A stretch of DNA of 64,000 nucleotides, from assembly GCA_963820825.1 (NCBI GenBank), contig CAWGBN010000008.1, positions 128,001 to 192,000 of the forward strand. The letters run 5' to 3'. Positions 46,651 through 56,596 of this stretch are shown piece after piece (position 1 is the first letter of the stretch; each line of letters opens with the position of its first letter). A model generated the notes under the pieces. That model was not told the DNA's origin and did not search any database. It saw only the letters and a program-made list of their open reading frames with translations. The position numbers and the translations under genes were made by a program. The stretch comes from Vulcanimicrobiota bacterium. GTDB lineage: Bacteria > Vulcanimicrobiota > Vulcanimicrobiia > Vulcanimicrobiales > Vulcanimicrobiaceae.

Positions 46651-48108
46651 ATGTTCTCCAAAGCGTTAGCCGTTTTCGTGCTCGGCGTGGCCGTTTTTGT
46701 CGCAGGGTGCGGCTCGAACGCGGCGGGCGTAACCGGCGCGCCCGAGCGCAGCGTCGTGCCTACGGCGGGTCGCCACCACTCTGGCGGCAAGATCGAGAAC
46801 GTCATCGTCATCGTTCAAGAGAACCGCAGCTTCGAGAACTTCTTCGCCGGATACCCGAACGCGGACGCGCCGCTGACCGGCTGCGCCTCGCCGTCGCCGA
46901 GCGGCAGCTTGCGCGGCTTCAATCCCGCCACGGCAACTCCAACGCCGTCGCCGTCGCCCTCGCCGACGCCCTCCGGTTGTCCGGCCGGCGATACGCTGGT
47001 CTCCTTGCACAAGGTCACGTTCGCCAACAATTCCGATTTGAAGCATAACTGGAAGTCGTCGATGATCGATTGGAACAACGGACAGATGGACGGCTTCTCG
47101 GAGTGGGGCAAGAAGAACGGCCTCTACAAGGCCTATGCCTACGTCGAGCATAGCCAGACGAAACCGTACTGGACGATGGCGCAGCAGTACGTGCTCGCCG
47201 ACGAGATGTTCCCCACGGAGTTTGGCGGGAGTTTCACCGCGCACCTCACCCTCGTCGCCGGCACCGACGATATCAAACTGCCGGGGAGAGCCGAGGTGAA
47301 CTTCCCCAACGCCGCGCCCGACGATTGCGACTCCCCGCCCGGCACGAAGAGCTCATACGTCTCCGCCGTGCCGTACCGGAGGATCCACCCCTGGCAGGGC
47401 GGCTTTCCGTGCTTCGACCAGTTCAATACGATCGCACAGGTGCTCGACAACGCCGACATCTCGTGGAAGTACTACGCAACGCGACTGCTCGATGCCGGCT
47501 TCTGGGAACCCTTCGAAGCGATCAAGTACGTTCGTTACGGCCCCGATTGGAAGACAAATATCATCGCTCCGCAAACGAAGGTGCTCACCGACGCACAATA
47601 CGGGCAGCTTGCTTCCGTAAGCTGGGTTACGCCGACCGGCCCGGATTCCGATCATCCGAGCTATCACAGCGATCAGGGACCGTCGTGGGTATCGTCGGTC
47701 GTCAACGCAATCGGCGAGAGCAAGTACTGGCCGAACAGCGCGATTATTATTATTTGGGACGATTGGGGCGGATTCTACGACGACGCACCGCCGCCGCAGC
47801 TCGACTATCGCGGCCTCGGCATTCGCGTGCCGTGCTTGATCATCTCGCCGTACGCCAAGAAAGGATACGTCTCGCACGTACCTTACGAGTTCGGCAGCAT
47901 CCTAAGATTCATCGAGGAAGTCAACGGGCTTCCCGCCGGCAGCATCGGGTCGACGGAACAAGGGTACACCGACGCTCGCGCCAGCAGCCTCGACGACGCC
48001 TTCGACTTCAGCCAAAAGCCGCACAAGTTCTCCGCGATCAAAGCGAAGTATCCGCTCGAGCATTTCTTGAAAGAGCCGCCCTCGAACGGTCTGGTCGATA
48101 GCGAATAG
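46651..48108 (+). CDS. Phosphoesterase / phospholipase C-family lipoprotein (paralog)
   Basis: Lipobox FVAGC; IVQENRSFEN, SDHP, WDDWGGFYD, GIRVP, EFGSILRF. Confidence 0.9.
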   Translation: MFSKALAVFVLGVAVFVAGCGSNAAGVTGAPERSVVPTAGRHHSGGKIENVIVIVQENRSFENFFAGYPNADAPLTGCASPSPSGSLRGFNPATATPTPSPSPSPTPSGCPAGDTLVSLHKVTFANNSDLKHNWKSSMIDWNNGQMDGFSEWGKKNGLYKAYAYVEHSQTKPYWTMAQQYVLADEMFPTEFGGSFTAHLTLVAGTDDIKLPGRAEVNFPNAAPDDCDSPPGTKSSYVSAVPYRRIHPWQGGFPCFDQFNTIAQVLDNADISWKYYATRLLDAGFWEPFEAIKYVRYGPDWKTNIIAPQTKVLTDAQYGQLASVSWVTPTGPDSDHPSYHSDQGPSWVSSVVNAIGESKYWPNSAIIIIWDDWGGFYDDAPPPQLDYRGLGIRVPCLIISPYAKKGYVSHVPYEFGSILRFIEEVNGLPAGSIGSTEQGYTDARASSLDDAFDFSQKPHKFSAIKAKYPLEHFLKEPPSNGLVDSE

Positions 48109-48127
48109 TGCGTCCACCGCATCAAAG

Positions 48128-48163
48128 GCGAAGGGACCTCCAAGCGGAGGTCCCTTCGTTCTT
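48128..48163. terminator. Terminator hairpin between convergent genes
   Basis: GCGAAGGGACCTCC-AAGC-GGAGGTCCCTTCGT. Confidence 0.75.
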
Positions 48164-48178
48164 ACGCGCGGGCTCGAT

Positions 48179-49342
48179 CTACGGCTCGAGCTCTTGCAGA
48201 TTGTTCTTATTGGTGTCGGTAAAGAACAGCTTGGTATCGGTATCGTTTGTCCCGGTCGCTCCAAGCCCGAAAACGGCCGCGGTCTTATTGGTGTCGACGA
48301 CCTTCGTGTCGAGCACTTGTCCGGTCGGCGTCATTTCGACGAGCGTGTTTCCGCCCGCCGTGTTGGCAACGACAAGATTACCGTTGGGGAGGATCGTCAT
48401 CGCCACGGGCGCGTTGAGCGGGCTGCCGGACTTCACCAGCGTGCCGCAGGTGGTCTTCGGATACTTGCATTTGAAGGTTTTGCCGCCTTTTTGAACGACG
48501 ATCTCGTCGGATACGAGCAGCTCGCTCGCGTGCGAGAAGGCGACCACCGTATTGTCAACACCGTCGACGGCGTAGAGCGTGTCTTTCTTCGCATTATATG
48601 CCAGGCCCGACGGACCGAGCGCGGTCCATCCCGACTTCTTGTTCACGTCGAAGCCGGAGATGACCGCGGTCGGCTTCGTGTTGCCGTAGTAGTTGATGCT
48701 GAAGCTCACGATCGATCCGCTGCCGGCATCGCTGGCGAAGATGTACTCGGCCGCATACAAGTTCGGATTCGACGCGTCGAGCACCGAGAACGGCGCGACG
48801 AACGGCGCGCCTTTCGTATCTTTGCTGATGAGCTTACCCTTGTCGGTGTAAAGGGCGAGATAACCGCTCGTCATGCCCGCCGCGGCGACGTCGTTGGCGC
48901 TCGTAATGGCATCGCCGGCGCAGCCTTCGCTCTTGGCATTCTGCACGAGCGTCGTCGGCTTCGAGCCGGGCGATGGATTGAAGACGTCGACGGTCGTGCC
49001 CTTGCCGGCCGCACCGGTCTTGTCTGCGAAGTTGCAGACGAGCACTTGCCCCTTCTTCAACCCGTAAGTCCCCTTGACGATTGCGACACCGTGGCCGAGC
49101 TTGTCTCCGTTCTTCGGATCGACCGTCGAGCCGATCACGACGTCCTTCTTCAGCTTCTTGAGAATCGACGTCGTATCGTCGGGTTGGATGCCGAGCGGTT
49201 CGATACCAGCGCCGGCCTGTGCCGCTGCGGCATTGGGCGCTCCTTGCGCCATGGACGGTACCGCGTTGTTTCCGCCACAAGCCGAAACTGCCACGAGCAA
49301 CGCCGCCGAAAGCAGCGCTATTCGTGTATTGGAAAACGTCAT
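48179..49342 (-). CDS. Hypothetical Lys-rich beta-propeller lipoprotein
   Basis: Lipobox AVSAC; GPSGLAY, LYAVDG, NGNLVVAN, LFFTD. Confidence 0.8.
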   Translation of the reverse strand: MTFSNTRIALLSAALLVAVSACGGNNAVPSMAQGAPNAAAAQAGAGIEPLGIQPDDTTSILKKLKKDVVIGSTVDPKNGDKLGHGVAIVKGTYGLKKGQVLVCNFADKTGAAGKGTTVDVFNPSPGSKPTTLVQNAKSEGCAGDAITSANDVAAAGMTSGYLALYTDKGKLISKDTKGAPFVAPFSVLDASNPNLYAAEYIFASDAGSGSIVSFSINYYGNTKPTAVISGFDVNKKSGWTALGPSGLAYNAKKDTLYAVDGVDNTVVAFSHASELLVSDEIVVQKGGKTFKCKYPKTTCGTLVKSGSPLNAPVAMTILPNGNLVVANTAGGNTLVEMTPTGQVLDTKVVDTNKTAAVFGLGATGTNDTDTKLFFTDTNKNNLQELEP

Positions 49343-49437
49343 TCTAAACCTCGCGTATTAGCGTAGTGCGCACGTTCATCGCCCTTCGAATCGCTTTTTT
49401 GCCCACCCTGCAAGAACAAGCGACCGCCGTTAATCTT

Positions 49438-50187
49438 TTAAACGAAAGTTTTGAGAAAAAATACTAAAGTCATCGCGCATCCGATCGAGACGACGATCGA
49501 ACGCGCAACCGGTTGGGGTACGCGCCGAAAGAAGCGAGCGCCGAAGTAACCGCCAAGCAACGCTATGAGTGCCATCGGCACGGCAAATCGCCAATCGACG
49601 ATACGCGCGACGACGAACGGAATGAGTGCGACGCCGTTGATCGTAGCCGAGAGCACGTTCTTGATGGCATTCTGCGCGTTGAAGCTCGGCAGGCCCGAGA
49701 AGGCAAGCACGGCGAGCATCAAAATTCCCATGCCGGCCCCGAAGTACCCGCCGTAAATTGCAACGGCGAACTGCACGGCGATCTGCCACGGCAGGTGCCG
49801 CGGCGCCGCGTGCAGGCCGCGCGTCAGGCGCGGACTCGCGGCAAAAACGAGCGTTGCAAAGAGCAAGAGCCACGGTATCAATCGTTCGAAGAGCGCCGGC
49901 GGCGTAACCAACAGCAAGCAGGCTCCGATGAGCGATCCAGCGACGCTGACGACGACGACGGGAAGCAAGAGCGCTCGATGTTCGCGCAGCTCCTCGCGGT
50001 AGCCGTGCGCGCTGCCGAGCGTGCCGACCCACATCGCCGCGTTATTCGTCGCGTTGGCCGAGATCGGCGCGATGCCGGCAAAGAGCAGCGACGGAAACGA
50101 GAGAAAGCTGCCGCCGCCGGCGACGCTGTTCATTCCGCCCGCTACGAACGCCGCTATCGCGGGGACGAGGAGATGTGCGCTCGGCAC
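49438..50187 (-). CDS. TauE/SafE (TSUP) family membrane protein
   Basis: NSVAGGGSFLSFP, ANATN, YGGYFGAGMG, NAIKN; AGGAGG RBS before GTG. Confidence 0.9.
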   Translation of the reverse strand: MPSAHLLVPAIAAFVAGGMNSVAGGGSFLSFPSLLFAGIAPISANATNNAAMWVGTLGSAHGYREELREHRALLLPVVVVSVAGSLIGACLLLVTPPALFERLIPWLLLFATLVFAASPRLTRGLHAAPRHLPWQIAVQFAVAIYGGYFGAGMGILMLAVLAFSGLPSFNAQNAIKNVLSATINGVALIPFVVARIVDWRFAVPMALIALLGGYFGARFFRRVPQPVARSIVVSIGCAMTLVFFLKTFV

Positions 50188-50192
50188 GCCTC

Positions 50193-52355
50193 CTACAGTG
50201 CCGTTCGCTCGCGCTTGGTAACGCGGTAGACGCGGCGCACGTTCTTGAGCGTTTCGAGCTTCGTCAACAGCTTGTGGAGGTGATCGAGATCGCGGATCTG
50301 CACCGTCAGGCTGGCGACCGCGACGCCATCCTTGCGCACGCGCGCGTTGACCGAACTCACCTGCGTCTTGATCTCGGCGAAGACGCCCATGATATCTTGC
50401 AGCAGCTGCGTGCGATCGTCGGCTTCGACCTCGACGTCGACGCCGTGGGTCAGCCCGGCGTCGTCGAGCCACTGCGCCTGCAGGATCCGCTCCGGCGTGG
50501 CGTTCATGAAGGCGACGTTCGGGCAATCGGCGCGATGGACGCTCACGCCGCGACCGATCGTGACGTAGCCGATGATCGGGTCGCCGGGCACCGGCGAGCA
50601 GCACTTCGAGAGGCGCACGAGCACGTCGTCGACGCCGGCGATGCGCACGCCGCTCGTCCGGCGCACGGTTTTGCGCGGGACCGGTTTGCGCCCAATCTTG
50701 GTAAGGTCGACGACGTTGTCGTGCTTGAGTTCGTCGCGAACCCGGTTGGCGACGGCCTGTGCCGACGCGTCGCCGAAGCCGATCGCGGCGTAGAGGTCGG
50801 TCGGCGTGGCGTAGTTCAAGCGCGACGCGATGCGTTCGAGCAACGCACCGCGCGCGGCGTCGGTCCGCAGCCCCGCGCGCGCCAGCTCCTGCTCGAGCGA
50901 CTCTTGACCGGCGAGCACGTTCTCCTCGCGCCGTTCCTTGCGGAACCACTGCTTGATCTTGTGCTTCGCGCTCGAGGTCTGGACGATCGAGAGCCAGTCG
51001 AGCGACGGGCGTCCGCTCGACTTATTGACGAGAATCTCGCAAATGTCGCCGTTCTGCATCGCGTAGTCGAGCGGGACGATCCGCCCGTTGATCTTCGCGC
51101 CGACACAATGGTTACCGACGTCGGTGTGCACTTGGTAGGCGAAATCGAGCGGCGTACCCCCGGCGGAAATCGAATAGACGTCGCCCCGCGGCGAGAAGAC
51201 GAAGACCTGCGAGTCGAAGAGATCGAGCTTGAGGTTCTCCATGAAGACGCGCGAGTCGCGCATGTCTTTCTGCCATTCGAGCAGCGCGCGCAGCCACGAC
51301 AGCTTGTTCTCGAACTGGTCGGCCTTGCCGCCTTCCTTGTATCGCCAGTGGGCCGCGATCCCATACTCGCTCGTCCGGTGCATCTCCCAGGTGCGGATCT
51401 GGATCTCGAGCGGTTCTCCGCTCGGGCCGACGACCGTCGTGTGGAGCGACTGATACATATTCGGCTTGGGCATCGCGATGTAATCTTTGAACCGGCCCGG
51501 GAGGGGCGTCCACATCGCGTGCACCGCACCGAGCGCGGCATAGCAATCCTTCACCGAGTCGACGATGATGCGGATCGCCGTGAGGTCGTAAATCGTCGAA
51601 AAGTCTCGACCCTTGCTGATCTTGGAGTAGATCGAGTAGAAGTGCTTGGGCCGTCCTTGGATCTCGGCGTTGATCTTTAGGTCTTTGAACTCGACGCGGA
51701 GCCGGGCAATCGCCTTGTCGACGTCGGCTTCGCGTTCGCGCCGCGTCTTTGCCACGCGCTCGACGATGTCGCCGAACGAGGCCGGATCGAGGTAGCGCAG
51801 GCATTCGTCCTCGATCTCCCACTTGATCTTCCAGATTCCGAGCCGGTGCGCGATCGGTGCGTAAATGTCGAGCGTCTCGCGCGCGATCGACTGCCGCTTC
51901 GCATCGGGGAGGCTCGCAAGCGTCCGCATGTTATGGAGGCGATCGGCCAGTTTGATGATGATGACGCGAATGTCTTTGGCCATTGCCAAGAACATCTTGC
52001 GGAGGTTCTCGACTTGCGCGTCTTCCTTCGATTGGTATGGAATGCGCGTAAGCTTGGTGACGCCTTCGACGAGGCGAGCGACCTCTTCGCCGAACTGCTC
52101 GCCGACCTGCTCGCTGGTAATCGAGGTATCCTCGACCACGTCGTGCAGCAGGGCCGCGGCGATGGTTTGATGATCGACTTCAAGCTCGGCCAGGATCCCC
52201 GCTACCGCGAGCGGGTGCTCGATATACGACTCACCCGAGGCGCGGCGTTGCCCCCGATGGGCGGCATCGGCGACGTCGTAGACGTGACGAAGCCACTCCG
52301 GGTCGGCGGAGGGCTCGTAGCGCCGAACTCGCTCGATGAGCTCCTCGATGGTCAT
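50193..52355 (-). CDS. relA: Bifunctional (p)ppGpp synthetase/hydrolase
   Basis: AALLHDVVED, IKLADRLHNMRTL, RPKHFYSI, YQSLHT, EIQIRT, TGS domain, CC-P-PGD, ACT domain. Confidence 0.97.
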   Translation of the reverse strand: MTIEELIERVRRYEPSADPEWLRHVYDVADAAHRGQRRASGESYIEHPLAVAGILAELEVDHQTIAAALLHDVVEDTSITSEQVGEQFGEEVARLVEGVTKLTRIPYQSKEDAQVENLRKMFLAMAKDIRVIIIKLADRLHNMRTLASLPDAKRQSIARETLDIYAPIAHRLGIWKIKWEIEDECLRYLDPASFGDIVERVAKTRREREADVDKAIARLRVEFKDLKINAEIQGRPKHFYSIYSKISKGRDFSTIYDLTAIRIIVDSVKDCYAALGAVHAMWTPLPGRFKDYIAMPKPNMYQSLHTTVVGPSGEPLEIQIRTWEMHRTSEYGIAAHWRYKEGGKADQFENKLSWLRALLEWQKDMRDSRVFMENLKLDLFDSQVFVFSPRGDVYSISAGGTPLDFAYQVHTDVGNHCVGAKINGRIVPLDYAMQNGDICEILVNKSSGRPSLDWLSIVQTSSAKHKIKQWFRKERREENVLAGQESLEQELARAGLRTDAARGALLERIASRLNYATPTDLYAAIGFGDASAQAVANRVRDELKHDNVVDLTKIGRKPVPRKTVRRTSGVRIAGVDDVLVRLSKCCSPVPGDPIIGYVTIGRGVSVHRADCPNVAFMNATPERILQAQWLDDAGLTHGVDVEVEADDRTQLLQDIMGVFAEIKTQVSSVNARVRKDGVAVASLTVQIRDLDHLHKLLTKLETLKNVRRVYRVTKRERTAL

Positions 52356-52367
52356 GGTATCCCGGTA

Positions 52368-52889
52368 TTATAACGCTTTTTGGGGCTGGCTAGGAGTTGC
52401 CGACGGGGACGGGGTGACCGTCTCGACGTCCATCCGGTTCTTGAAGAAGATCGTGGCGATCTTGCCGTCGGCGTTGAGGGCCAGCCAAAGATAGACGTTT
52501 CCGAGGGTGCAGCGCATCTGATAGATGTAGCCGGAGACCCCGGGCGGGAAGTCCGGATTGACCCAGCGTCCCATATAAACCATGTCGGTCAGTGCGCCGA
52601 GCTGGGCGAGCAGCCGGGAGGTCTCGGAGACCTTATCATCGGTGAGTTGGGCCAGAACCTGCGGCGCGTAGAGGCTCTTGTTGATGTCGCCGGCCTGCCA
52701 TTGGACGAACTGGTGCCGCGCGATATTCGTAATCGCCGGATCGGCACTCGGAGCCGCAGTCGGCGATGGAGTCGGCGTCGGATGCGCGCGGGCCCAGCTC
52801 GCCGGCGGAAAGGCGATTGCCAGTGCGGCGAGTGCCGCTGCAGGTAGGATCCAGCCTACGCGATCAGTACGAAACGAACGAAACGACAT
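52368..52889 (-). CDS. Hypothetical secreted protein
   Basis: Signal-like stretch, Pro/Thr linker, globular domain; start uncertain. Confidence 0.65.
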   Translation of the reverse strand: MSFRSFRTDRVGWILPAAALAALAIAFPPASWARAHPTPTPSPTAAPSADPAITNIARHQFVQWQAGDINKSLYAPQVLAQLTDDKVSETSRLLAQLGALTDMVYMGRWVNPDFPPGVSGYIYQMRCTLGNVYLWLALNADGKIATIFFKNRMDVETVTPSPSATPSQPQKAL

Positions 52890-53376
52890 CGGCATCACCG
52901 AGCTTTGCGCGTCCTCCCAGTGCCGTCAGCTCGACCAAAAACGCGAAGGCTTCGACGTGTGCGCCGAGCCGCTCGAGAAGCCGCCCCGTCGCAGCCGCGG
53001 TGCCGCCGGTCGCGAGCAGATCGTCGACGACGAGCACGCGCTCTCCCCGAGCGAGCGCATCGGCGTGGACTTCCAACGAATTCGTGCCGTACTCGAGCGC
53101 GTACTCTTCGCTCAGCTTCTGGAAGGGCAGCTTGCCGGGCTTTCGTACGGGGATGAACCCCGCGCCGAGCGCGTAAGCAATCGGTGCGCCGAAGATATAG
53201 CCGCGCGATTCGATGCCGACGACGTGCTCGATGCCTCGGTCGCGAAATCGATCGACAAAGAGGTCGACCGCGCGCCGGAAGCCTTGCTTATCTTTCAACA
53301 ACGGGGTAATGTCACGGAAAAGGATCCCTGGAATCGGAAAATCCGGGATCGCTCGAATTAAGGCTTCGATCTCCAC
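52864..53376 (-). CDS. apt: Adenine phosphoribosyltransferase
   Basis: PDFPIPGILFRDITP, GIESRG, RKPGKLP, YALEYG, VVDDLLATGGT. Confidence 0.97.
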   Translation of the reverse strand: MEIEALIRAIPDFPIPGILFRDITPLLKDKQGFRRAVDLFVDRFRDRGIEHVVGIESRGYIFGAPIAYALGAGFIPVRKPGKLPFQKLSEEYALEYGTNSLEVHADALARGERVLVVDDLLATGGTAAATGRLLERLGAHVEAFAFLVELTALGGRAKLGDADVVSFVSY

Positions 53377-53426
53377 GAAGTCCGGGTTGGAGCCGGGGGG
53401 TCGAATGGCCTGCAGAAAGGACGGAC

Positions 53427-53735
53427 ATGAAGAAACCGCAAGCCCTAGCTGCCGTGCTCACCGCAGCGCTTGCTGCAAGCATCGCGGCTCCCGCGCTTGC
53501 CGACGGCTCGGGCAGCACGAATACCATCATCCTCGTAACCGCGGCTGCCGCAGCCTCAGTACCGTTGGTCGTCAACTACAACCACAAGGTCCGCGAAAAG
53601 CGCGCCGAACAGCAAGAAGTGACGCGCAGGCAAGACGCTTATCGCGACTGGTTCTACCACAAGTACGGCTACTATCCGACGTACGACCAGTTCAAGCAAT
53701 GGTACGTGCAGACGTACAACACGAGCCCTGAGTAA
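53427..53735 (+). CDS. Small secreted hypothetical protein
   Basis: AAAGGA RBS; signal peptide ending ALA-D; Tyr/Trp-rich tail. Confidence 0.75.
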   Translation: MKKPQALAAVLTAALAASIAAPALADGSGSTNTIILVTAAAAASVPLVVNYNHKVREKRAEQQEVTRRQDAYRDWFYHKYGYYPTYDQFKQWYVQTYNTSPE

Positions 53736-53748
53736 GCACCGCCTCCTT

Positions 53749-53790
53749 GACGCCGAGCCCTTCTCTACCGAACGGCTCGGCGTTTTCTTT
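53749..53790 (+). terminator. Intrinsic terminator
   Basis: GACGCCGAGCC...GGCTCGGCGTT followed by TTCTTT. Confidence 0.6.
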
Positions 53791-53865
53791 GGGGGCTCGA
53801 ACGGCCGCCGGCTTGCCATCGCTTTTGCGATCGCCATCGCGATCCACGAAGTCGCCGCGGGACTC

Positions 53866-54606
53866 GTGCCCGCCAATTCCGCGCGTCGCCCGCCGCGCGA
53901 AGAGATCGTCAGCCGCATGCAGATCGCAACGCTGAGCGTCCGCTCGACGCCGGCCCCAACGCCGACGCCGCTTCCGCCCGCACCGGCGCCGCAATGGGTC
54001 GCAGCGCTCTCCAAGGCGGTCGCGAGCCCCGCCGCTGCGAGCCCGTCCCGCGCGCGACCCGCTGCACGCGCCGCGGCGGTCGCGCGCAACTCGGCGCGGC
54101 TTACCGCGACGAGGCCGATCTGGGATGTCGCAGCCGCGCGCAAGAGTGCCTTCGCGACGGATGCAGGCAACGCGACGACGAGTGCGGGCAACGCCTCCGG
54201 CGCCGGCACGCAAGGTAGCGGCGGCGCAACCGGCGGAGCGCCTCCGTGCGGTTACGTAACGTTCTCCGATCCGCACGGCTCGCATTACGACGCGCGGACG
54301 CACGGCTTCTGGGTCGACATCCGCATGTCGGTGCACTTTGCCGACGGTTCCGCGCAGTCAATGGTACTCGACTATCCGTGGTACTATCCCAGCGAAGCGG
54401 CGAACCCGTGGTCGGATCGCAACCTCAACGATCCGAGGTTTCCAACGCGATTCCAGCCGCCGCCCTCGGAGAAGATCGCCGACGAGCCGCAGCTGGTGAA
54501 GTACGTCATGGAGCACAGCACGCCCGAGGGGACGACGCTCTTGCGCGACTGCCCCGAAGCGCCGCCCACACCGGCGAAGCGGCGCTTACTCTTTAGAGCG
54601 CGTTAG
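53866..54606 (+). CDS. Hypothetical TonB-like Pro/Ala-rich protein (true start probably upstream)
   Basis: Open frame extends upstream through a TM-like segment RRLAIAFAIAIAIHEV; Pro/Ala/Gly linker; C-terminal domain with two Cys. Confidence 0.6.
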   Translation: MPANSARRPPREEIVSRMQIATLSVRSTPAPTPTPLPPAPAPQWVAALSKAVASPAAASPSRARPAARAAAVARNSARLTATRPIWDVAAARKSAFATDAGNATTSAGNASGAGTQGSGGATGGAPPCGYVTFSDPHGSHYDARTHGFWVDIRMSVHFADGSAQSMVLDYPWYYPSEAANPWSDRNLNDPRFPTRFQPPPSEKIADEPQLVKYVMEHSTPEGTTLLRDCPEAPPTPAKRRLLFRAR

Positions 54607-55613
54607 AGTACGGTGTCGGGGCTGACGGCGATCGGCCACTCGCCGTAGGTCTTGCTGCTGATTTTGGTCGTCAACGAGGTGCCTTTGGGGTAGCCGAGTG
54701 TTTGCACGATGAAGCCGCCGCTCACCTCGACGCTGACGTAGACCTGCGTCTCTTTCTTATTGAGGCTGAGGGCGAACGGATAACCGGCGGTTACCGGGAT
54801 TTCTTTCGACGGTTGCGTCTGTCCGGCTTGGAAAACGTCGATGCCGCCGGTGCTCTCGTCGATGATGATGATGTTCCCCGACTTGTCGACTTCCAGCGCA
54901 CCCGGCGAGCCGATGTTCAGGTTGAGGTCCGTTCCACTCGTCGATCCGGGCGGATACTTGTAAACGTTGTAGCCTTCCGAAGCGTACAGATTGTCCTGCC
55001 CGTCGATCGCGAGATACTCGGCGAATGCATCGATCGTAAGCGAGGGCGACGTCTTGCCCTTCGGGTACTCCGTGATCGTTTGGTTTCCGACGTTCGCGCA
55101 GTACACCGTACCTTCGGCGTCGACGGTGAGACCCGTCGGGCTGTTCACGCCGTTGCTGATCGTGATAAAGGGCGAGCCGACGCCGCGCTTGTACGCGGTG
55201 ATCGTGTTGTTGCCCAGGTTCGTCGCGTAGACGTTGAGCGACTTATCGACGAAGAGCCGCTCGGGGTTGGAGAGACCCGTGGTGATCTGCCCTTTCTGGG
55301 GCGGATCGGTGCCCTTAGCGGTAAAGACGTCGATGGTGCTAGCGTCGAAGCTGCCCCAGTAGATCAGGGTCTTTTTCTTCTTCTTCCGCTTTGCATCCGG
55401 CGCCATCCAGCCCGGCGACGCAGCCCTGTGGCTGGAGACCGCGCCGAAGCCGCGCGAGTGCATTTCGTTCAGGCCCGTTTTTGCGGCGGGAGACGCGCCG
55501 AGTTGAGCCGTGCTCGATGATGTGGTGGAGTTCGTGGAACAGCCGGCGAGCGCTGCCCCGAGCAGCACGGCGCAGTTAAGGCGGCGCACGCGCGACGTGA
55601 GGTGGTCAGGCAA
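54603..55613 (-). CDS. NHL-repeat lipoprotein
   Basis: AAGGAG RBS, TTG start, lipobox ALAGC, repeats PTGLTVDAEGTVYCAN. Confidence 0.8.
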   Translation of the reverse strand: MPDHLTSRVRRLNCAVLLGAALAGCSTNSTTSSSTAQLGASPAAKTGLNEMHSRGFGAVSSHRAASPGWMAPDAKRKKKKKTLIYWGSFDASTIDVFTAKGTDPPQKGQITTGLSNPERLFVDKSLNVYATNLGNNTITAYKRGVGSPFITISNGVNSPTGLTVDAEGTVYCANVGNQTITEYPKGKTSPSLTIDAFAEYLAIDGQDNLYASEGYNVYKYPPGSTSGTDLNLNIGSPGALEVDKSGNIIIIDESTGGIDVFQAGQTQPSKEIPVTAGYPFALSLNKKETQVYVSVEVSGGFIVQTLGYPKGTSLTTKISSKTYGEWPIAVSPDTVL

Positions 55614-55711
55614 GGTAGACTCCTTTTGATAGCGTGTGTTGGCGGGGAAAACGCTACTCTACTACCACGCTGCGTTCCAACTGCCTTGCCGAGTAAGCCG
55701 ACGGCGGGCGG

Positions 55712-56596
55712 CTAAACCTTCAGCTCTACCTTTTCGAGCGCACCCTTCGTGGAAACGACGTGGTGGTTGAGGCGCAACTGATCCGGCTCGAAACCGAACG
55801 CCAAGCCCAAGAGCTGCGGCAGATGGAAGATCGGCACGCCGATATCTTTCTTGAGCACGCGTGCCGCGTCGGGCTGCTGTCCGTCGAGATTGAGGTGACA
55901 GAGCGGGCACGGCGTCACGAGCAGATCCGCGCCCTTCTCCTTGGCCTCGATGATGTGATTGCCGCCCATCGCCAGCGCCTTGTCGCGATTGAAGGTGAGC
56001 ATCGGAAATCCGCAGCACTTGGTCGCGCCGCGATACTCGACCGCCTCGGCTCCCAGCAGCTCGATGAGCCGGTTGAGATACGTCTTCCGTTCCGGGCGCT
56101 CGCGCAGCCCGAGCGCTTCGCTCGGTCGCAGAATGTAGCAGCCGTAGAACGGTGCGATCTTCAATCCGGTCAGCTTGCGCTTGATCGCGGCGGCGACCCG
56201 GTCGATCCCGATATCTTCGAAGAGCATCCAGAGCAGATGCTTGACCGTCGCTTTGCCTTCGTAACGGAACCCTTGGTCGGCGATCGTCGCGTTCGCCTTC
56301 TCGCGCCGCGCCTCGTCCTTCTTGAGGTGGTAATTATGATCGGAGAGCACCCCCTGGCAGGTGCTGCAGATCGTCATAAGATCGGCGCCTTCGGCCTCGG
56401 CCATCGCCAGCGTCAACCCGTTGAGCGCGTCGGCGAGTTCGCGATTCTGCTCGCTCAGGACGCCGGCGCCGGTGCACGGTGCCGACTGGAGTTCGTGCAG
56501 CTCGAGGCCGAGCGGCTCGGCGATCAGTTTTGCCGAAATGTAAAGCTCCGGACAGGCGCCCTTCGAGACGCAGCCGGGATAGAACGCAACCTTCAC
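55712..56596 (-). CDS. HdrB-like CCG-domain subunit (putative SDH membrane anchor)
   Basis: FYPGC..CTGAG..CSTC and FYGC..CCG..CPLC; GTGA-coupled to sdhB. Confidence 0.85.
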   Translation of the reverse strand: MKVAFYPGCVSKGACPELYISAKLIAEPLGLELHELQSAPCTGAGVLSEQNRELADALNGLTLAMAEAEGADLMTICSTCQGVLSDHNYHLKKDEARREKANATIADQGFRYEGKATVKHLLWMLFEDIGIDRVAAAIKRKLTGLKIAPFYGCYILRPSEALGLRERPERKTYLNRLIELLGAEAVEYRGATKCCGFPMLTFNRDKALAMGGNHIIEAKEKGADLLVTPCPLCHLNLDGQQPDAARVLKKDIGVPIFHLPQLLGLAFGFEPDQLRLNHHVVSTKGALEKVELKV

